A model generated the notes under the pieces. It ran no database searches, was not told the origin of the DNA, and saw only the letters and a program-made list of their open reading frames with translations. A DNA stretch of 38,798 nucleotides from positions 1 through 38,798 of the IMG/VR virus record IMGVR_UViG_3300037589_000089. One strand, 5' to 3'. Made by a program: the position numbers and the translations under genes. How positions within the stretch are numbered: position 1 is the stretch's first letter; each line of letters starts with the position of its first letter. Positions 35,366 to 38,798 of this stretch are shown one piece after another. This DNA comes from a virus. Its lineage: Duplodnaviria > Caudoviricetes.

Positions 35366-36022
35366 ATGCCAATCACGCTGGAAGTAAGCAACAAGTCGAC
35401 CCACGAAGTATTGACCGCCGCCGAGGTCGAGTCGCTTGTCGGCGAGCAGGTTGCAGCAGCGGTTTCCGGCCTTCCGGGGCCTTCAGGCTTGATCGCAGAA
35501 ATGTCCAGGGTTGCTCTCAACAGGACACAACTCTGGTGGAAAAAGAATAGCCAATATTGCTGGTCTTGTTTCCATGAGTTGAGGTTCGACCTGGTCTTGC
35601 CAATTCCTGCTCGCGTAAAGGTGTGGGGTAACGTCAACCTGACACACCGCGCCAACGTGGCCGGGCCTGTCGGGTATAGCATAAAGGCGACTGTCAGGTC
35701 TGCGGAAGCCTTCGACCAGATGCCGGTTATTCCGGCTTCGAGCGTCGATCTGCAATATTGGCAGTCTGTTGAATCTGGTGGAGTTATTCCCGGGTCCAAG
35801 GATGGTGGCAATATCTTCGGCGTCGAGGATCATTATGGCCATCCAAAATACAATTACAAACTGGACCTTCCTGCGGGGTGTCACCGGATTGAGCACTGGG
35901 GAAACTCACACACCACAGCGGGTAGTGAGGACAATGCCTATGCCGAGCTCAACCAGAATGACGTGCCGGACCCGGAGGATCCCTATACCATGTTGTTTCT
36001 TGAGGCGTGGTCGAGGGCTTAG
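35366..36022 (+). CDS. hypothetical protein, fibre-associated or accessory, visibly lower GC
   Basis: 218-aa ORF with AGG/GGGG SD after the fibre genes; many A/T-ending codons. Confidence 0.7.
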   Translation: MPITLEVSNKSTHEVLTAAEVESLVGEQVAAAVSGLPGPSGLIAEMSRVALNRTQLWWKKNSQYCWSCFHELRFDLVLPIPARVKVWGNVNLTHRANVAGPVGYSIKATVRSAEAFDQMPVIPASSVDLQYWQSVESGGVIPGSKDGGNIFGVEDHYGHPKYNYKLDLPAGCHRIEHWGNSHTTAGSEDNAYAELNQNDVPDPEDPYTMLFLEAWSRA

Positions 36023-36225
36023 TCCACGGGTAGGGTGACTCCGCCGCCGTCCGGCATGGGGATGATTTTTGGCTTCTTGGAGGGGTCGAACGGCTTGTAG
36101 GGTGTCGGTACTCCCCGGATCTCCTTCGCCGGCGGGTTTCTGTTCTCGGGGTTCTGTCTCGCTGCAAAGCTGATCGCAATGACGATCAGCGTCAGGGACA
36201 TGATGGCAAGCAGGGCAAGCCGCAT
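36019..36225 (-). CDS. small membrane-anchored/secreted Pro-rich accessory protein
   Basis: GAGGAGAG SD; MRLALLAIMSLTLIVIAISFAARQNP...KPFDPSKKPKIIPMPDGG; opposite to the late operon. Confidence 0.7.
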   Translation of the reverse strand: MRLALLAIMSLTLIVIAISFAARQNPENRNPPAKEIRGVPTPYKPFDPSKKPKIIPMPDGGGVTLPVD

Positions 36226-36229
36226 GGGT

Positions 36230-36490
36230 CTCTCCTCACGCACGTGATCGGGGAGTTCGAAACTCTCAGAGGAGAGCGCCCGCGCCTTTAGGGTTGCCCC
36301 CTGAACATGCGCGCGGGCCTCCCCGACCGTGTGACCGGAGAGTGCAGTTTTACGGCCACACAAAGCCGCCTCTGAGGGGTTTCGACGCCCCGCCGTCCGA
36401 TGGGCGGACAGCGGCGAGACAATATCCGCAAATCATGGGTGCCGACAAGGGCGCCATCAGGATCAATCACAAGCACTGACACCATGGCCT
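36230..36490 (+). ncRNA. candidate structured RNA/leader upstream of the endolysin
   Basis: Several long complementary stems found by eye, with G-U wobbles that work only on the plus strand (see findings). Confidence 0.45.
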
Positions 36491-36539
36491 TCGCTTTCCA
36501 AGGGTGGCGATGCCTTGCCGTGACCGAAAGGAAACCGAC

Positions 36540-37454
36540 ATGAAGATCGACACCATCGTGCTGCACTACTCGGCCACCTACGCCGACCAGAACCTGACGG
36601 TGAAGGACATCGACAGGATGCACCGTGATCGCGGGTGGAAGGGTGTGGGGTATCACTATGTCATCCGGCGCGATGGCGTGGTGGAGCAGGGGCGGCCGGA
36701 GAACGTGGTGGGGGCCCATGTCGGTGGGCAGAACACCGGCAAGCTCGGGATCTGCTGCATCGGCGGGCTCGATCGCGCGACCGGCCCGAACAAGGGTGTC
36801 GACAACCGGACGTCCGCGCAGATCGAAAGCCAGATCAGGCTGATCAAATCGCTGCTCAGGAAATACCCGGGCGCCAGGGTGGTTGGCCACCGGGATCTTG
36901 CGCCGACGCAGTGCCCGGGCTTCGATGTGCGCTCCTGGTGGGCGAAGGTGCAGAAGAAGAGCGCACCGGAAACAAGGCCGGCGCCGGCAACCGCGCCTGC
37001 CAAAACGGCGGTGATCGGCGAGGACAAGACGCACGTGGTGCAGAAGGGCGAGACCTGGTGGTCGATCTCGCAGATGCACGGGCTTGGCGTTGCGGATTTT
37101 GCGCGCGCCAATGGCGCAACGCCTGCCGACACGCTGGTTGAGGGGCGCAAGCTTTCGCTGATGATCAAGCCGAATGTGCCAAAGCCAGTGGAGGATGTCG
37201 TCAAGGACGCGGCGCGGTCCGGATCGTCGTCCACCACGAACATTGCCACCGGCATCGGCGCCGCATCTTCGACCGTTGCGATCGCCAAGGAAGCCACGGA
37301 TGCGGCCCGGGAAAGCGTTGACGGCGTTTCGGCCATCCTTGCCGCGGGGCCGTGGGTATTGCTCCTGGTGGTGGCCCTTGGCGCCGGATGGTGGATCTGG
37401 CGTGAACGCCAGCGCAAGGCAAAGATGGCGACCGAAGCAAAGGCGGCGCTGTGA
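36540..37454 (+). CDS. endolysin: N-acetylmuramoyl-L-alanine amidase (T7-lysozyme-like) + LysM + C-terminal transmembrane segment
   Basis: 'IVLHYSAT', 'GYHYVIRRDG.VE.GR', 'GAHV.G.N', 'GHRDL...CPGFDV'; LysM 'HVVQKGETWWSISQMHGL......AN'; 'PWVLLLVVALGAGWWIWRER'. Confidence 0.93.
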   Translation: MKIDTIVLHYSATYADQNLTVKDIDRMHRDRGWKGVGYHYVIRRDGVVEQGRPENVVGAHVGGQNTGKLGICCIGGLDRATGPNKGVDNRTSAQIESQIRLIKSLLRKYPGARVVGHRDLAPTQCPGFDVRSWWAKVQKKSAPETRPAPATAPAKTAVIGEDKTHVVQKGETWWSISQMHGLGVADFARANGATPADTLVEGRKLSLMIKPNVPKPVEDVVKDAARSGSSSTTNIATGIGAASSTVAIAKEATDAARESVDGVSAILAAGPWVLLLVVALGAGWWIWRERQRKAKMATEAKAAL

Positions 37455-37726
37455 TGTTCACTCTCGCCAAGCTCAAGGCCTATGCCGCGCTCGCTATGGT
37501 GCTTCTGCTGGTGGCAACGGCAATCATCGGCCTGATCTACCGGGCCGGCTACAAGTCAAACGAAATCGACACGCTGAAGGACACGGTGAAAGCCCATGAG
37601 ACAAGCGACAGGATCAGCACGGATGTGGATGCGATGGGCCTTGTTGCCCGCTGTCTTGAGCTTGGCGGGCTGCCAGACCGCTGCAACGAACTGCGCGGGC
37701 TGGACCAAGCCGCCCCGCGTCAATGA
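37454..37726 (+). CDS. i-spanin (Rz-like)
   Basis: N-terminal TM, short periplasmic domain with two Cys; overlapped by a lipoprotein ORF in another frame. Confidence 0.75.
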   Translation: MFTLAKLKAYAALAMVLLLVATAIIGLIYRAGYKSNEIDTLKDTVKAHETSDRISTDVDAMGLVARCLELGGLPDRCNELRGLDQAAPRQ

Positions 37727-37817
37727 TCCCGCAGCCCTGGTTGTCGAAGAGGGACCGCTCTCGGCATGGGTGATAAAGACTGACCGTTTCGGCAAGGCGC
37801 AGGGGTGCTGGACGTGA
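37623..37817 (+). CDS. o-spanin (Rz1-like lipoprotein)
   Basis: MWMRWALLPAVLSLAG|C lipobox; partly embedded in the Rz-like gene; ends 'GCWT'. Confidence 0.78.
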   Translation: MWMRWALLPAVLSLAGCQTAATNCAGWTKPPRVNDPAALVVEEGPLSAWVIKTDRFGKAQGCWT

Positions 37818-38119
37818 TCGAGAAACATGACCTGGCTTTCTGGATCGCTGTAGGAGGGGCCGTTGTTGTGAAACTGCTGACATCGCCATACGCGGGCATC
37901 AAGCGTGCAGTTGCGACGGTGTTTGCTGCCGTCTTCTCCGCCTATCTCTTCACCCAGCCGGCAGTGGCCTTTCTTGGCCTTGATCCGGAAGCGTACACCA
38001 CAACGATGGCCGCCGTCATCGCGTTGACGGGTGAGGGGGCCATGCGCTTCATCATCAATATCTCGAATGACCCGACAAAGGCGCTCGAGATCCTGAAGAT
38101 GTGGAGGGGCGGTAAATGA
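37814..38119 (+). CDS. holin-like membrane protein
   Basis: About 100 aa, three hydrophobic segments, basic C-terminus; within the lysis cassette. Confidence 0.6.
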   Translation: MIEKHDLAFWIAVGGAVVVKLLTSPYAGIKRAVATVFAAVFSAYLFTQPAVAFLGLDPEAYTTTMAAVIALTGEGAMRFIINISNDPTKALEILKMWRGGK

Positions 38120-38553
38120 TTGCCCAGCGGATGCAGATGACGGACCGGCATTGGTGGATGTGGATTGCGGGCTTCTGGGCAGTGATCTTCAGCGTGGCGT
38201 GGGGGCCGTCGGCCGAGCGGACCTTTATGCCGGTGGTCAGCAAGTTCGAGATCGTCCAGGTCGAGCCCGATGGGATGGGATCAAGAGTGTACGCCCGGTT
38301 CGAGAAGTGGCGGTCATGTGAATACCTGGGCATCAACTGGAATCGCATTCGTCCTGATGGGACGCGGCAGCGTGTTCTGCTCAATCTGAAACCTCCGGAG
38401 GACATGAGCGGCGCCACTCGTCCGGTCGGAAAGCACATCGCGGGGCCGTGGTACGTCGGGATGTCGCCGGATCAAATCAGGGACCATTCCGAGGCGACAA
38501 TCGCCTATCGATGTCATCCGCTGTGGATCACTGAAATCCAAGTTTGGCCCTGA
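38116..38553 (+). CDS. membrane-anchored hypothetical protein (periplasmic domain with two Cys)
   Basis: N-terminal Trp-rich TM; ATGA-coupled to the holin-like gene. Confidence 0.7.
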   Translation: MIAQRMQMTDRHWWMWIAGFWAVIFSVAWGPSAERTFMPVVSKFEIVQVEPDGMGSRVYARFEKWRSCEYLGINWNRIRPDGTRQRVLLNLKPPEDMSGATRPVGKHIAGPWYVGMSPDQIRDHSEATIAYRCHPLWITEIQVWP

Positions 38554-38605
38554 AACATCCGCTGCCGGGGCGGTCATCCCGGCTCAACCAAGAAGGAAGA
38601 AGACC

Positions 38606-38798
38606 ATGTCAAAGGTACGCGCGAAGTTCTTCGTCAAGCAGATCATCAACCACCACAACGGTGACCCGAATGCCGACCAGGCGGGCGAGGTGGTGCTTGG
38701 TCCGGTCTACGACGACGCCAACAAGGATTGGTCGAAGTGGACGCCGCAGGGCGAGATCAAGATGACGATCACCAACCCTGCCGCGCTCGATGCATTTG
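38606..38798 (+). CDS. small phage hypothetical protein, partial (runs off right edge)
   Basis: Not in the ORF track. AAGGAAG SD; MSKVRAKFFVKQ...PVYDDANKDWSKWTPQGEIKMTITNPAALDAF. Confidence 0.8.
   Translation, partial: MSKVRAKFFVKQIINHHNGDPNADQAGEVVLGPVYDDANKDWSKWTPQGEIKMTITNPAALDAF

Noticed and set aside
33335-36022. Diversity-generating retroelement or invertible fibre cassette
   Set aside because: No reverse transcriptase, invertase, template/variable repeat pair or flanking inverted sites were seen in the window.
36430-36490. Hammerhead ribozyme on the minus strand (CTGATGG within a three-stem region)
   Set aside because: The core requires CUGANGA and GAAA; neither is correctly present.

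Overview
The window is almost an entire temperate (pro)phage of a high-GC bacterium; gene content and promoter style suggest an alphaproteobacterial, Rhizobiales-like host (inference). Neither attachment site nor an integrase is inside the window. Left to right: a leftward early operon (partial HD-domain gene running off the left edge); an immunity region (cI-like repressor, cro-like gene, five 19-bp palindromic operators, two accessory genes); an initiator-like tRNA-Met(CAT); a CII-like gene; a ParB-like gene; two orphan DNA methyltransferases; primase and P4/D5-type helicase followed by an iteron-like probable origin; a late promoter/terminator; a lambda-like cos site; a lambda-type packaging/head module with a Mu gpT-like capsid; a Mu-like contractile tail with a -1 frameshift chaperone; fibre genes; and a lysis cassette. 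The most unusual observations are: (1) antisense cargo genes inserted so that the opposite reading frame stays open, namely a 35-aa membrane peptide nested in an in-frame insert of the C5 methyltransferase and a secreted-protein cassette bounded by 10-bp inverted repeats; (2) a major capsid protein starting with a Sec-type signal peptide; (3) apparently leaderless cI and cro mRNAs next to a fMet-like tRNA; (4) a roughly 270-nt structured plus-strand RNA upstream of the endolysin. All family calls come from motif recognition by eye; no searches were run.
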